A stretch of DNA of 64,000 bases from an uncultured Pelagibacteraceae bacterium (GTDB lineage Bacteria; Pseudomonadota; Alphaproteobacteria; Pelagibacterales; Pelagibacteraceae): NCBI GenBank assembly GCA_902592675.1, contig CACJFJ010000005.1, forward strand, positions 910 through 64,909, written 5' to 3'. Both the position numbers and the translations under genes were made by a program. The notes beneath the pieces were generated by a model, which ran no database searches, was not told the origin of the DNA, and saw only the letters and a list, made by a program, of their open reading frames with translations. Shown here in pieces: positions 52,222 through 61,778 of this stretch. The first letter of the stretch is position 1, and each line of letters opens with the position of its first letter.

Positions 52222-52465
52222 TTTTTTTTAATATATAAAATCTTTTTTTTTTATTATTTTTTAACTTATATTCATAAGACAAAGCATCATTTTTCGAAGT
52301 AAATTTTTTTTTGTAAATAATTTTCCATTTATAACCTTTAGTAGATTTAGCTCCTTTGTTACTATTATGTTTTTCTAATCTTTTATCCAAATTATTAGTG
52401 TACCCAACATAAGTTCTTTTTTTATAATTATTAGTAGTATGGAGCATGTACACATAAAATGACAT
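52202..52465 (-). CDS. GIY-YIG nuclease (YhbQ/SLX1-like)
   Basis: YVYML...TYVGYTNNL.KRL.KHN..GAK.T, E.KLK. Confidence 0.9.
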   Translation of the reverse strand: MSFYVYMLHTTNNYKKRTYVGYTNNLDKRLEKHNSNKGAKSTKGYKWKIIYKKKFTSKNDALSYEYKLKNNKKKRFYILKKNEEKKS

Positions 52466-52470
52466 AATAA

Positions 52471-52545
52471 TGGCGGTCCCTAGGGGAATCGAACCCCTCT
52501 TTCGAGGATGAAAACCACGTGTCCTAACCGATAGACGAAGGGACC
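52471..52545 (-). tRNA. tRNA-Glu(TTC)
   Basis: Reverse complement GGTCCCTTCGTCTATCGGTTAGGAC...TTTTCAT...GGTTCGATTCCCCTAGGGACCGCCA. Confidence 0.95.
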
Positions 52546-52580
52546 AAATCTGGATCTTTTATTGTAAAAAATAATATTTA

Positions 52581-53531
52581 TCAAGTTTTTATAGTGTCTT
52601 CTCTAATGACAATTTTAGAGATATTTGAGCTTTTGTGTGTAACTAAAGTTTGAGTAATATACTTATTATCTTTGAAATTTATACCATTTACTAAATCCCC
52701 ATTGGTAATTCCGGTAGCACAAAATATTGAGTCTCCTTTAATAATTTCATTTAAATTATATTTTTTCTCTAAATCTTTAATTCCCATTTGCTTAGCTCTA
52801 GAAATGTCTTTATCATTATTGAAAAGGAATCGACCTTGAAACTTACAACCATAAGTATCAATAGCTGATGCTGCTAATACACCTTCAGGACCTCCTCCAA
52901 TTCCTAAAAAAATATCTACATTATATTTTTCATCTGTAACCATTAATGCTCCTGAAATATCACCATCAGAGATTAATTTCATTTTTACATTCATTTGTTT
53001 TAATTGCTCAATAATCTTAAGGTGTCTAGGACGATTTAATAAACAGACAGTAACATCTTTAATATCTTTATTTAGTGAGTCAGCTAAATTGTGGATATTT
53101 TTTTTAAGTGGAAAATCTAAATCTGTTGCATCATTGGGAATCTTATTTGAAACTGCTAATTTATCCATATAGGTTTCAGGCGCATTAAAAAGGTTTCCTT
53201 TTTCCGCTATTGAAATCACTGATAACGCTCCAGGTAAATTTTTAGCAACAAAATTTGTCCCTTCTAGAGGATCGACAGCTATATCAATATTTAAGTTCCC
53301 ACCTGCGCCTAATTTTTCACCAATAAATAACATTGGAGCTTCATCTAATTCTCCTTCACCTATTACAACTTCACCATTTACTTTAAGTTTGTTGATTTCA
53401 TTTCTCATAGCATCTGTTGCAGCTTTATCAGCACTATTTTTATCGTTTTTACCTATAAATCTATGACATGATATTGCAGCATGAGATGTTACTCTTATAA
53501 TTTTATCGATTAATTCTTTATTTAAAGCCAC
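52581..53531 (-). CDS. glpX: class II fructose-1,6-bisphosphatase
   Basis: VIGEGELDEAPML, DPLEGT, RPRH, GGGPEGV, ATGITNG. Confidence 0.95.
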   Translation of the reverse strand: MALNKELIDKIIRVTSHAAISCHRFIGKNDKNSADKAATDAMRNEINKLKVNGEVVIGEGELDEAPMLFIGEKLGAGGNLNIDIAVDPLEGTNFVAKNLPGALSVISIAEKGNLFNAPETYMDKLAVSNKIPNDATDLDFPLKKNIHNLADSLNKDIKDVTVCLLNRPRHLKIIEQLKQMNVKMKLISDGDISGALMVTDEKYNVDIFLGIGGGPEGVLAASAIDTYGCKFQGRFLFNNDKDISRAKQMGIKDLEKKYNLNEIIKGDSIFCATGITNGDLVNGINFKDNKYITQTLVTHKSSNISKIVIREDTIKT

Positions 53532-54529
53532 TAAATTTTTTCTTCAGAAATTTTTTCTGTATTTATCTTAAGTTTATTTTCAAATTCATTTAATCTTTTC
53601 CAAACAGAAATTAACTCTACTATAATTGGCCAACTTCTAACTAAATATTGTAATGAGGTTTCTACCCTACCAAAAGCTCTTATAATTTGTTGAACAAAAC
53701 CTAGAGTGATAGCTCCTGTTACTATTGTTGGAGCTAAAGCTAAATAAGGAACAATAACCATTCCCTGTAGATAACTCCATTTAACAGCATTAAAATATAA
53801 ATAATGAAAATACATTTTGTAATGAATCTTTCTTACTCCACCATATAAATTGTCAATTCTGACTGGTTGAGCATTCTCTTTAAAGTCTTCTCCTAGAACC
53901 AATTCTTTTCTATATGCAGCTTCTTCTTTTTGTATATCATATTCAATACCAGGGAGTTTAATTCCGACAGCAGCAAGAATAAAAGTACCTCCTAAAGCTG
54001 AAATTATCGCAACCCATACTAATGCGTGGTTAACTTCTCCAATCCATGGAAGAACAGTTATACTTTTAGATAAACCCCATAAAATTGGAGTAAATGCGAT
54101 TAATGTCATTACACTTCTTAAAAGCTCTGCGCCCAATCCTTCCATTATTCGTGCAAACTTAAGTGTATCTTCTTGCACTCTCTGTGAGGCACCCTCAATT
54201 GATGAAGCAAAATTCCACTTATCATGATAAAAGTTAGCCATTGCCGTTCTCCATCTGAAGGTCCAGTGACTTGTAAAATAATCACTAAATATTACAACTA
54301 ATATGTAAACAGCAGCAATTTTTGCAAACGTAAAAAGGTATGCAATAAATTCTTTTTCTGTAACGGCTCCTGGTTCAGCTAAAGCTTTTTGTAAAGTATC
54401 ATAAAATTCACCAAACCATTCATTAATTCGTACATCTAATTGAACTTGATACCAGGTGGCTACAAGAATAAGGATTGTTCCACCAATACTCCATAAATGC
54501 CATCTTTTATCTGTAAAAAATTTAAACAT
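53531..54529 (-). CDS. SbmA/BacA-like peptide transporter
   Basis: FRWRTAM, IEGASQRVQEDT.KF, EAAYRKELVLGED. Confidence 0.88.
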   Translation of the reverse strand: MFKFFTDKRWHLWSIGGTILILVATWYQVQLDVRINEWFGEFYDTLQKALAEPGAVTEKEFIAYLFTFAKIAAVYILVVIFSDYFTSHWTFRWRTAMANFYHDKWNFASSIEGASQRVQEDTLKFARIMEGLGAELLRSVMTLIAFTPILWGLSKSITVLPWIGEVNHALVWVAIISALGGTFILAAVGIKLPGIEYDIQKEEAAYRKELVLGEDFKENAQPVRIDNLYGGVRKIHYKMYFHYLYFNAVKWSYLQGMVIVPYLALAPTIVTGAITLGFVQQIIRAFGRVETSLQYLVRSWPIIVELISVWKRLNEFENKLKINTEKISEEKI

Positions 54530-54533
54530 AGTT

Positions 54534-54815
54534 TTACTTTAAAAAATTATCAGCATATGACTTTTTAACAATTTTTCTTTTTTTTGGTTCAATTATTTCG
54601 AAGCTAATTTTATTTTTTTTTGCGTAATTAATTGCTAATTCTTTTGAAATAAATTCTAATTTCAATTCAGAATATGTATCTGATGAACTTTCCCATCCCA
54701 TAAGTGGATTTTTTAATTTGTCGTTTGTTTCAAATACCATTATCCACTTATTAGTTTTACCCAAACCAGATTGCATTGGACTTTTATTTGGAATATAAAT
54801 TTTTGCTTTTTTCAT
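54534..54815 (-). CDS. ETC complex I subunit (NDUFS4-like; likely start 54815)
   Basis: MQSG, NPLMGWESS.D, L.F...E.AI.YA, KSYADNF. Confidence 0.9.
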   Translation of the reverse strand: MKKAKIYIPNKSPMQSGLGKTNKWIMVFETNDKLKNPLMGWESSSDTYSELKLEFISKELAINYAKKNKISFEIIEPKKRKIVKKSYADNFLK

Positions 54816-54819
54816 AAAA

Positions 54820-54896
<77 letters not shown>

Positions 54897-54990
54897 AGTG
54901 TTGTACTAATACAGCACTTATTAATTATTTCAAAGTATAAAGATTGTTAAAATGAAGGTAATTTTATATGAATCTGTTATATACTTAATT

Positions 54991-55455
54991 ATGATTATTA
55001 GTTGCCCATCATGCAATAAAAAATTTGAAATTGATCCTTCTTTAATTCCTGATACTGGACGAACTTTGAAATGCGGTTCCTGTGATTATGTGTGGCTATA
55101 CAAAAAAGAGGAAAATCAATTGGAATTTAACGAAATCAATATTTCTAAAAAAACTGACAATTTGTCTCAAAATATTCAAGCTAAAAAGATCAAATTAGAT
55201 CCTTTAATCAAAAAAAGTGTTAAATCATCTTCTCAAGGTTCAGAAATAGTAAAATATGAATCTAAGTCCAATTTTACATTTGGAAACCTATTGTCCTATA
55301 TAATAGTTTTAATTATTACTTTTGTTGGTCTAATTTTGATTCTAGATACATTTAAATATCCGTTATTTAACCTTTTTCCTAAATTAGAATTATTTCTTTT
55401 TAATTTTTATGAAACATTGAAAGATGTTCAATTATTTATTAAAGATCTTTTCTAA
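54991..55455 (+). CDS. MJ0042-family zinc-ribbon membrane protein (likely start 54991)
   Basis: MIISCPSC...GRTLKCGSC..W, C-terminal TM segment. Confidence 0.82.
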   Translation: MIISCPSCNKKFEIDPSLIPDTGRTLKCGSCDYVWLYKKEENQLEFNEINISKKTDNLSQNIQAKKIKLDPLIKKSVKSSSQGSEIVKYESKSNFTFGNLLSYIIVLIITFVGLILILDTFKYPLFNLFPKLELFLFNFYETLKDVQLFIKDLF

Positions 55456-55457
55456 AT

Positions 55458-56639
55458 ATGATTAATTATATATCAAAACCTTTTAGATGGTTTTTTAAAC
55501 TCGAGGCTGCAAGTGGACTTGTATTATTGTTTGCTGCTATAATAGCACTGTTTATAAGTAATTCTGATTTAGCGGAATTATATTTTACTACTTTAAATAA
55601 ATATTTATTTATAGGGATCAATAATTTTGGGTTAAAATTATCTGTTTTACACTGGATCAATGATGCCTTAATGGCAATTTTCTTTTTTTTTGTTACCCTA
55701 GAAATTAAAAGAGAGTTTTTACAAGGGGAGCTTTCTAATATTAAACAAGCCTTATTACCAATTATAGGTGCTGTGGGAGGAATGCTGATTCCAGCATTAT
55801 TTTATATTTTCATAAATTTAGGTGATAGTGTAACTTTGAATGGTTGGGCTATTCCATCTGCAACAGATATTGCTTTCTCTTTAGGAGTTTTATCTTTGTT
55901 AGGTAAAAGAGTGCCTTTATCTCTAAAAGTATTTTTAACTGCATTAGCCATTATCGATGATTTAGGAGCAATAGTAATTATTGCCCTATTCTACTCTGGA
56001 GATTTGAGCATTAAATATTTAACTTTAATGTTGCTAGCTTTTATTATCTTATTGTTAATTAACAAGTTTAATATTAAAAAGTTTCTACCATATTTAGTTG
56101 TAGGACTCTTCCTTTGGGACTTTACTCATAACTCTGGTATACATGCTACGATTGCTGGTGTTTTGTTAGCTATAACTATACCTCATAGAAAAAAAGAAAA
56201 AGATTTTTCTTTATTAATAAAAATAGAACATGCGATTAGTCCATATGTTGCTTTTGGTATAATGCCTTTATTTGCATTTGCAAATGCCGGTGTATCTTTA
56301 GAAGGCTTATCTTTAGATTCATTATTAGATAAAGTTCCATTAGGAATCTTACTAGGACTATTCCTAGGCAAACAACTTGGTGTTTTTATATTTTCTTATG
56401 TATCTATTAAGTTGAAAGTCGCTCAAATGCCTAACGATACAAGTTGGTATAATTTTTACGGTGTAGGAGTTCTTACAGGAATTGGTTTCACAATGAGTTT
56501 ATTTGTTGGAAATTTAGCTTTTGCTGAAAACATGCAATATATGGATGGTGTAAAAATAGGTGTACTAACTGGGTCATTATTATCAACTTTATTTGGTTAT
56601 TTTCTGATATTGCTGACCCCAAACAAACCTAGCAAATGA
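55458..56639 (+). CDS. nhaA: Na+/H+ antiporter NhaA
   Basis: WINDALM, LEIKRE, GWAIPSATDIAF, LAIIDD, GIGFTMSLF. Confidence 0.97.
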   Translation: MINYISKPFRWFFKLEAASGLVLLFAAIIALFISNSDLAELYFTTLNKYLFIGINNFGLKLSVLHWINDALMAIFFFFVTLEIKREFLQGELSNIKQALLPIIGAVGGMLIPALFYIFINLGDSVTLNGWAIPSATDIAFSLGVLSLLGKRVPLSLKVFLTALAIIDDLGAIVIIALFYSGDLSIKYLTLMLLAFIILLLINKFNIKKFLPYLVVGLFLWDFTHNSGIHATIAGVLLAITIPHRKKEKDFSLLIKIEHAISPYVAFGIMPLFAFANAGVSLEGLSLDSLLDKVPLGILLGLFLGKQLGVFIFSYVSIKLKVAQMPNDTSWYNFYGVGVLTGIGFTMSLFVGNLAFAENMQYMDGVKIGVLTGSLLSTLFGYFLILLTPNKPSK

Positions 56640-57178
56640 GAAAAGTTATATTACTATTATCTTTAATTATGTTATTTTTTAAAATTTCAGCATCCGCAAA
56701 CTATGAAAAAATATTTTATGATTTTAGTATAGAAAGTATAACTGGAGAGACGATAAATTTTAAAGATTACAAAAATAAAATTATCTTAGTTGTGAATACA
56801 GCTAGTTATTGTGGTTTCACAAAACAATATGAAGAATTACAAGAGTTGTGGGATTTATATAGAGAAAAAGGTTTAATTGTTCTTGGTGTTCCATCTAACT
56901 CATTTAATCAAGAAAAAAGTGATAATGCGGATGTAAAAAAATTTTGTGAAGTAAATTTTAATATTGATTTTCCACTGACAACTATAACGGAGGTAAAAGG
57001 TAAAAATGCTCATGAAATATTTAAATGGGCAAAAGAAAATCATGGCACGTCAGCTGTTCCAAAGTGGAATTTTCACAAAATTTTAATTAATAAAGAAGGC
57101 AAGATAGAAGATACATTTGCATCTATAACTAAACCAATGTCAAAAAAGTTAATTAAAACTATAGAAAATATTTTATAA
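56636..57178 (+). CDS. glutathione peroxidase family protein with N-terminal signal
   Basis: VNTASYCGFT.QY, PSNSFNQE, PKWNFHKILI. Confidence 0.93.
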   Translation: MRKVILLLSLIMLFFKISASANYEKIFYDFSIESITGETINFKDYKNKIILVVNTASYCGFTKQYEELQELWDLYREKGLIVLGVPSNSFNQEKSDNADVKKFCEVNFNIDFPLTTITEVKGKNAHEIFKWAKENHGTSAVPKWNFHKILINKEGKIEDTFASITKPMSKKLIKTIENIL

Positions 57179-57943
57179 TTCTATAGTTAATCCATCGTAA
57201 GCAGGAACGATATTTTTTGGGAGTTTTTTTCTAAGTTCTTTATAATCTAATATATGTGACAAGTTTGTTAAAATTGCCTTTTTAGGTTTGAACTTTTCGA
57301 TAAAATATAATGATTTTTCTAAATTAAAATGGGAAGGATGATAATCATACCATAAACAATCAACTATAAAATATTTTAAATTATAAAAATACTTATAATC
57401 TTTTATATAAATATCACTTACATCGCTGATATAAGCTATTTTCTTATCAATTATATAACAAATTGAATTTACATTACCATGTTTTACTTTAATAGGTTTT
57501 ATTTCTAAATTTATTTTTGTATCAGATATTGTAAATTTTTTTTTTAATGGATTTAACTTAAGAGTAGCTGGGTATTCTTTAGAAAAACCTTTAAAACAAT
57601 ATGAAAAACTTTTTTTTAAAAATTTTGAAGTTTGTTGATCAGCAAAAACGTTAATCTGTTTTTTCTCTTTAATAAAAAAGGCCCTTAAATCATTTATACC
57701 ATGTGTTTGATCACCATGCATATGAGAATAAAAAACTTTACTAATCTTGTCAATTTTGTGCTTTAATAATTGACTACGTAGATCTGGCGAAGTATCTATT
57801 AATACATTTTCTTTTTTAGTTTGAATTAATGCTGAACATCTAGTTCTATAATTTCTTTTATCGTTAGGGTTGCAATTTCCAAAAAAACCATCCGTTCTAG
57901 GAACACCCATTGAAGCACCACATCCTAAAATTATAAATTTCAT
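57173..57943 (-). CDS. MBL-fold metallohydrolase (PhnP/YycJ-like)
   Basis: LGCGASMGVP, IDTSPD, HMHGDQTHG, AYDG; follows tatD. Confidence 0.88.
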   Translation of the reverse strand: MKFIILGCGASMGVPRTDGFFGNCNPNDKRNYRTRCSALIQTKKENVLIDTSPDLRSQLLKHKIDKISKVFYSHMHGDQTHGINDLRAFFIKEKKQINVFADQQTSKFLKKSFSYCFKGFSKEYPATLKLNPLKKKFTISDTKINLEIKPIKVKHGNVNSICYIIDKKIAYISDVSDIYIKDYKYFYNLKYFIVDCLWYDYHPSHFNLEKSLYFIEKFKPKKAILTNLSHILDYKELRKKLPKNIVPAYDGLTIEL

Positions 57944-57949
57944 TTAATT

Positions 57950-58711
57950 CTAATTAAAAAAAAAGTTATTAAAATTATTTGTGGTGATTTTTATTAAATC
58001 AAGTTTTGAAATTTTTTTTAATTCAGCTAATTTCTGAGCAGTAAAATCAATAAAAGATGGCTCATTTTTTTTTCCACGATTAGGAACTGGAGCCAAAAAT
58101 GGACTATCTGTCTCAATGAGAAGATTATTTAAAGGAATTGATTTAAATGTTTCTTGTAATTTATTAGAATTTTTAAATGTAATAATTCCACTAGCTGAAA
58201 ATAAAACATTCAAATCTAAAAGTTTTTCTGAAAAAATTTTTGAACCAGTAAAACAATGCATTAAAATTTTTAATTTTTCATCTTTATACTTATAAAGAGT
58301 TTCATAAGTTTCTTCTTCTGCGTTCCTTGAATGTACAATAATAGGCACATTAGTTGTTATTGCTGCCTCTATATGTTTTTTAAAACTATCAATTTGTTTT
58401 TTTTTATCACTATTGTTATAATAAAAATCTAAACCACTCTCGCCTATCCCTATAATTTTATTATTGTCATTTATGTTTTTAACTAAATATTCTACAGTAA
58501 CAATATTCGTATTTGTTTCGTGTGGATGAATACCTGTCGTACCATATATTATTTCGTCTTTTTCAATTATATTTTTAATCCTTGAAAAGCTTTCAATTGA
58601 TGTTGAAATTGTTAATAATTTTTGAATACCAGCATTTTTTGATCTTTTTATAATATTGCTTAAATCACTAAACAATGGTTCATGGTCTAAATGGCAATGA
58701 GAATCAATCAT
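57950..58711 (-). CDS. tatD: TatD family DNase
   Basis: DSHCH, GIHPH, IGESGLD, VHSR, HCFTG, ETDSPFLAP. Confidence 0.94.
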   Translation of the reverse strand: MIDSHCHLDHEPLFSDLSNIIKRSKNAGIQKLLTISTSIESFSRIKNIIEKDEIIYGTTGIHPHETNTNIVTVEYLVKNINDNNKIIGIGESGLDFYYNNSDKKKQIDSFKKHIEAAITTNVPIIVHSRNAEEETYETLYKYKDEKLKILMHCFTGSKIFSEKLLDLNVLFSASGIITFKNSNKLQETFKSIPLNNLLIETDSPFLAPVPNRGKKNEPSFIDFTAQKLAELKKISKLDLIKITTNNFNNFFFN

Positions 58712-60245
58712 TATTCTTTTCTATTTTTTTAAACAGTATATCAATTTTATTTATTTCACTTCCTTTAAGAAGAAATTCATTATTTGAAATAGACGAATAA
58801 TCAATATCTTTTTCAGATAAGTTAAAAATTTTTAGTGCTTTCAAGGATGATTTAGGAATTATAGGATAAAGTAAAATACTGATTTTCCTTACTATTTCTA
58901 AAGTCGTGAAAACTATTGTATTTAATCTAATTTGATCATCTTTTTTATTCCATGGTTCTTGATCATTGAAGTATTTATTTGTATCAAAAAGGCAATCTAC
59001 TATAAAATCTATATAAAAATTTATGTCTTGATTGTCAATTTTTTCTCTTATTGCCTCGATGTTATTTTCAAATTTATTTAATAATTTTTTATCCTCATTA
59101 ATAAATTTAATTTTATTTGGTATTATGCCGCCACAATTCTTGATCGCGAAAGCAGTTACTCTCTGACACAGATTTCCAAAATTATTTGCCAAGTCACTAT
59201 TTATACAATCTATTAATTTATCTTTTGATATATTACCATCATTTCCAAATGAGACTTCTTTAATAAGATAATATCTTAAAGGATCAATTCCAAATTCATT
59301 TATCATTTCAATTGGATCTAATATGTTGCCCTTAGACTTAGACATTTTTTCATCACCTGAAAGTATCCATCCATGACCATAAATTTTTTTTGGTAGTGGA
59401 ATTTTAGCAGCTAATAAAAAAGCTGGCCAATAAATAGCATGAAATCTTAAGATATCTTTTCCTATTAAATGAATTGATGCTGGCCAAAATTTTTTATATT
59501 TTGAGTCATTAGTATTTGGATAATTTAAAGCACTTAAGTAATTTGTTAATGCATCAAGCCAAACATAAATTACATGTTCATTATCATCTGGAACCTTAAT
59601 ACCCCAAGAAAAACTTTTTCTACTTACAGAAAGATCTTTTAAGCCATTTTTAACAAAACTTATTACCTCATTTCTTCTAGATTTGGGTAAAATAAAATCT
59701 GGGTTTTTTTCATAATGATCTAATAATGCTTTTTCCCATTTAGATAATCTAAAGAAAAAAGATTCCTCATCAACCCACTCAACATTTGATTTTGATGAAA
59801 TTGCTTGTTTTTTACCATCAATTTCCTCAATTTCATCTTCTCCATAAAAAGCTTCATCGGATACAGAATACCATCCAGAATATTTTGATAAATAAATATC
59901 ATCGTTTTTTTTTAATTCGTTCCAAATATTTTGTACAGAAAGTTTGTGTCTATTTTCAGTTGTTCTGATAAAATCTGTATTGGTTAAATTCAAAATTTTG
60001 GTTAAGTCTCTAAAAGTTTGACTGATATCATCACAAAATTTAAGTGGATCTACCCCTTTATTTTCAGCAGCTCTTTGAATCTTAAGACCATGTTCATCTG
60101 TACCAGTTAGAAAATTTACCTCAAATCCATCTATCCTTTTAAACCTTGCAAAAAAATCAGCTATTATACTTGAATAAGCATGACCCATATGAGGTTTAGC
60201 AGAAGGGTAGTAAATTGGAGTTGTAATATAAAAATTTTTACTCAT
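58704..60245 (-). CDS. metG: methionine--tRNA ligase (short monomeric type)
   Basis: HMGH (HIGH-like), GTDEHG, YVWLDAL, GKDILRFH, KMSKS. Confidence 0.97.
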   Translation of the reverse strand: MSKNFYITTPIYYPSAKPHMGHAYSSIIADFFARFKRIDGFEVNFLTGTDEHGLKIQRAAENKGVDPLKFCDDISQTFRDLTKILNLTNTDFIRTTENRHKLSVQNIWNELKKNDDIYLSKYSGWYSVSDEAFYGEDEIEEIDGKKQAISSKSNVEWVDEESFFFRLSKWEKALLDHYEKNPDFILPKSRRNEVISFVKNGLKDLSVSRKSFSWGIKVPDDNEHVIYVWLDALTNYLSALNYPNTNDSKYKKFWPASIHLIGKDILRFHAIYWPAFLLAAKIPLPKKIYGHGWILSGDEKMSKSKGNILDPIEMINEFGIDPLRYYLIKEVSFGNDGNISKDKLIDCINSDLANNFGNLCQRVTAFAIKNCGGIIPNKIKFINEDKKLLNKFENNIEAIREKIDNQDINFYIDFIVDCLFDTNKYFNDQEPWNKKDDQIRLNTIVFTTLEIVRKISILLYPIIPKSSLKALKIFNLSEKDIDYSSISNNEFLLKGSEINKIDILFKKIEKNND

Positions 60246-61170
60246 TTAAAACCTTTTGCTCGAATTCTATAAATAAAGACTCTAGATCTAAATTATATTT
60301 ATTGGTGTCATTAATTTTTTTTATAAAATACAAATACTCATTTTGTTTATAAAATGAAAAATCTTTTTTATTTTTTAAAAAATATAAATGTATAAATTCA
60401 AAAATAAAATACTTAATAAAATTATCTTTTTTATAGTGATTCTCTCTTATTATTTTTTTTAAAAAATCTCTCAAACTTATACTTGATAGATTATAATTAT
60501 TGTCATTCGAAAATTTAATTAATCTCAAAAAATTTCCAGGTGTTAAATAATAGTTTGTTATATCTTTATTTACGAGTTCATGAAGTTTATGGTCAACTAA
60601 TTCATTTGTTATATTCACACATTCTTTGTTATTTAACGAAATCTTATAGTCTATACATCGTGATTTTAAAGTTGGTAAAACTTTCTTACTACTATTTATT
60701 AATATAAAAAAAGTATTTTTATTAGGTTCTTCAAGCACTTTTAAAAGTGCATTTATGGAATTAATATTCAAAAATTCAATGTTATCAATTAATACAAATC
60801 TTGGTTTATTATTTAAAGATGATTTATTCAGTTTTGATATTAATTCTCTTATTTGATTTATGTCTATATTTTTTTTCTCTGAAGATATATCAATTAAGAT
60901 TAGATTTGGATTAGAACCATTAGAAATCGTTTTAAAAGAATGGCTTTGCGGATCTATTTCACAATTTTCCAAGTTATAAGAATTTTTCTCATTTACAGTT
61001 AAAGCATAATTTATAAGATGATAAGCAAGAGTGGCTTTACCCAATCCTTTTTGACCACTTATTAGAATCTTACTTGGCATTTTATTATTTGATATTAAAC
61101 CGGTTAATTCATTTAGATACTTATTCAAACCATAAAGTTTTTTTTGCTGTATTGGTTCTACGTTAATCAT
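60238..61170 (-). CDS. holB: DNA polymerase III delta' subunit (divergent)
   Basis: GQKGLGK, I.I.QIR, NALLKVLEEP, LPTLKSRC; tmk-holB-metG order. Confidence 0.88.
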   Translation of the reverse strand: MINVEPIQQKKLYGLNKYLNELTGLISNNKMPSKILISGQKGLGKATLAYHLINYALTVNEKNSYNLENCEIDPQSHSFKTISNGSNPNLILIDISSEKKNIDINQIRELISKLNKSSLNNKPRFVLIDNIEFLNINSINALLKVLEEPNKNTFFILINSSKKVLPTLKSRCIDYKISLNNKECVNITNELVDHKLHELVNKDITNYYLTPGNFLRLIKFSNDNNYNLSSISLRDFLKKIIRENHYKKDNFIKYFIFEFIHLYFLKNKKDFSFYKQNEYLYFIKKINDTNKYNLDLESLFIEFEQKVLNE

Positions 61171-61778
61171 ATTAACTTTTCAATTTTTTGTACTATTAAA
61201 GTATGATTATGTTCTATATCTAAATTTGAGTCTACTAATTGATACTTTTTCTTATTTTTTTTATATAAATTTAAATATCCTTTTTGGACTTTTTTATAAA
61301 AATTGAAATTAAAATTATCATATCGATTTAGCAAACGTCTTGATCTTAATCTTTTTACCATATTTTTTTTGTTAACTATATTAAGAAAAGTAAAATCAAT
61401 TTTAATATCTTTTAACAAATGATTATTAATTAATCTAATTAAATTCAAATTTACACCAAGACCAAAATGTTGATAAGCAATTGTTGAGTCTAGAAATCTG
61501 TCAATTAAGATTATTTTTTTTCTAAAATTTTTTTTTAATAAATCAACATTTTCACTTCTGGCAGCACTATATAAAAATAAATCAGTGTTTTTATTAAAGG
61601 ATGAGTTTTTATTCAATATTAAGTTTCTTATTTTCTCTGAATTTTTACTTCCACCAGGTTCTCGTATTTTTATGTGATCAATTTTTTTTCTCTTTAAATA
61701 TTTAGATAAACGAGAAAGATGGAAACTTTTTCCACTACCTTCAATACCCTCAAATACAATGACTGGTTTCTTATACAT
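61167..61778 (-). CDS. tmk: thymidylate kinase
   Basis: FEGIEGSGKS, REPGG, DRFLDSTIAYQ. Confidence 0.95.
   Translation of the reverse strand: MYKKPVIVFEGIEGSGKSFHLSRLSKYLKRKKIDHIKIREPGGSKNSEKIRNLILNKNSSFNKNTDLFLYSAARSENVDLLKKNFRKKIILIDRFLDSTIAYQHFGLGVNLNLIRLINNHLLKDIKIDFTFLNIVNKKNMVKRLRSRRLLNRYDNFNFNFYKKVQKGYLNLYKKNKKKYQLVDSNLDIEHNHTLIVQKIEKLI

Noticed and set aside
44933-52545. Prophage or integrative element inserted at tRNA-Glu
   Set aside because: No direct repeat of the tRNA 3' end near the recombinase (only a 7 bp ACCGCCA in inverted orientation near 44467), and no phage, conjugation or excisionase genes.
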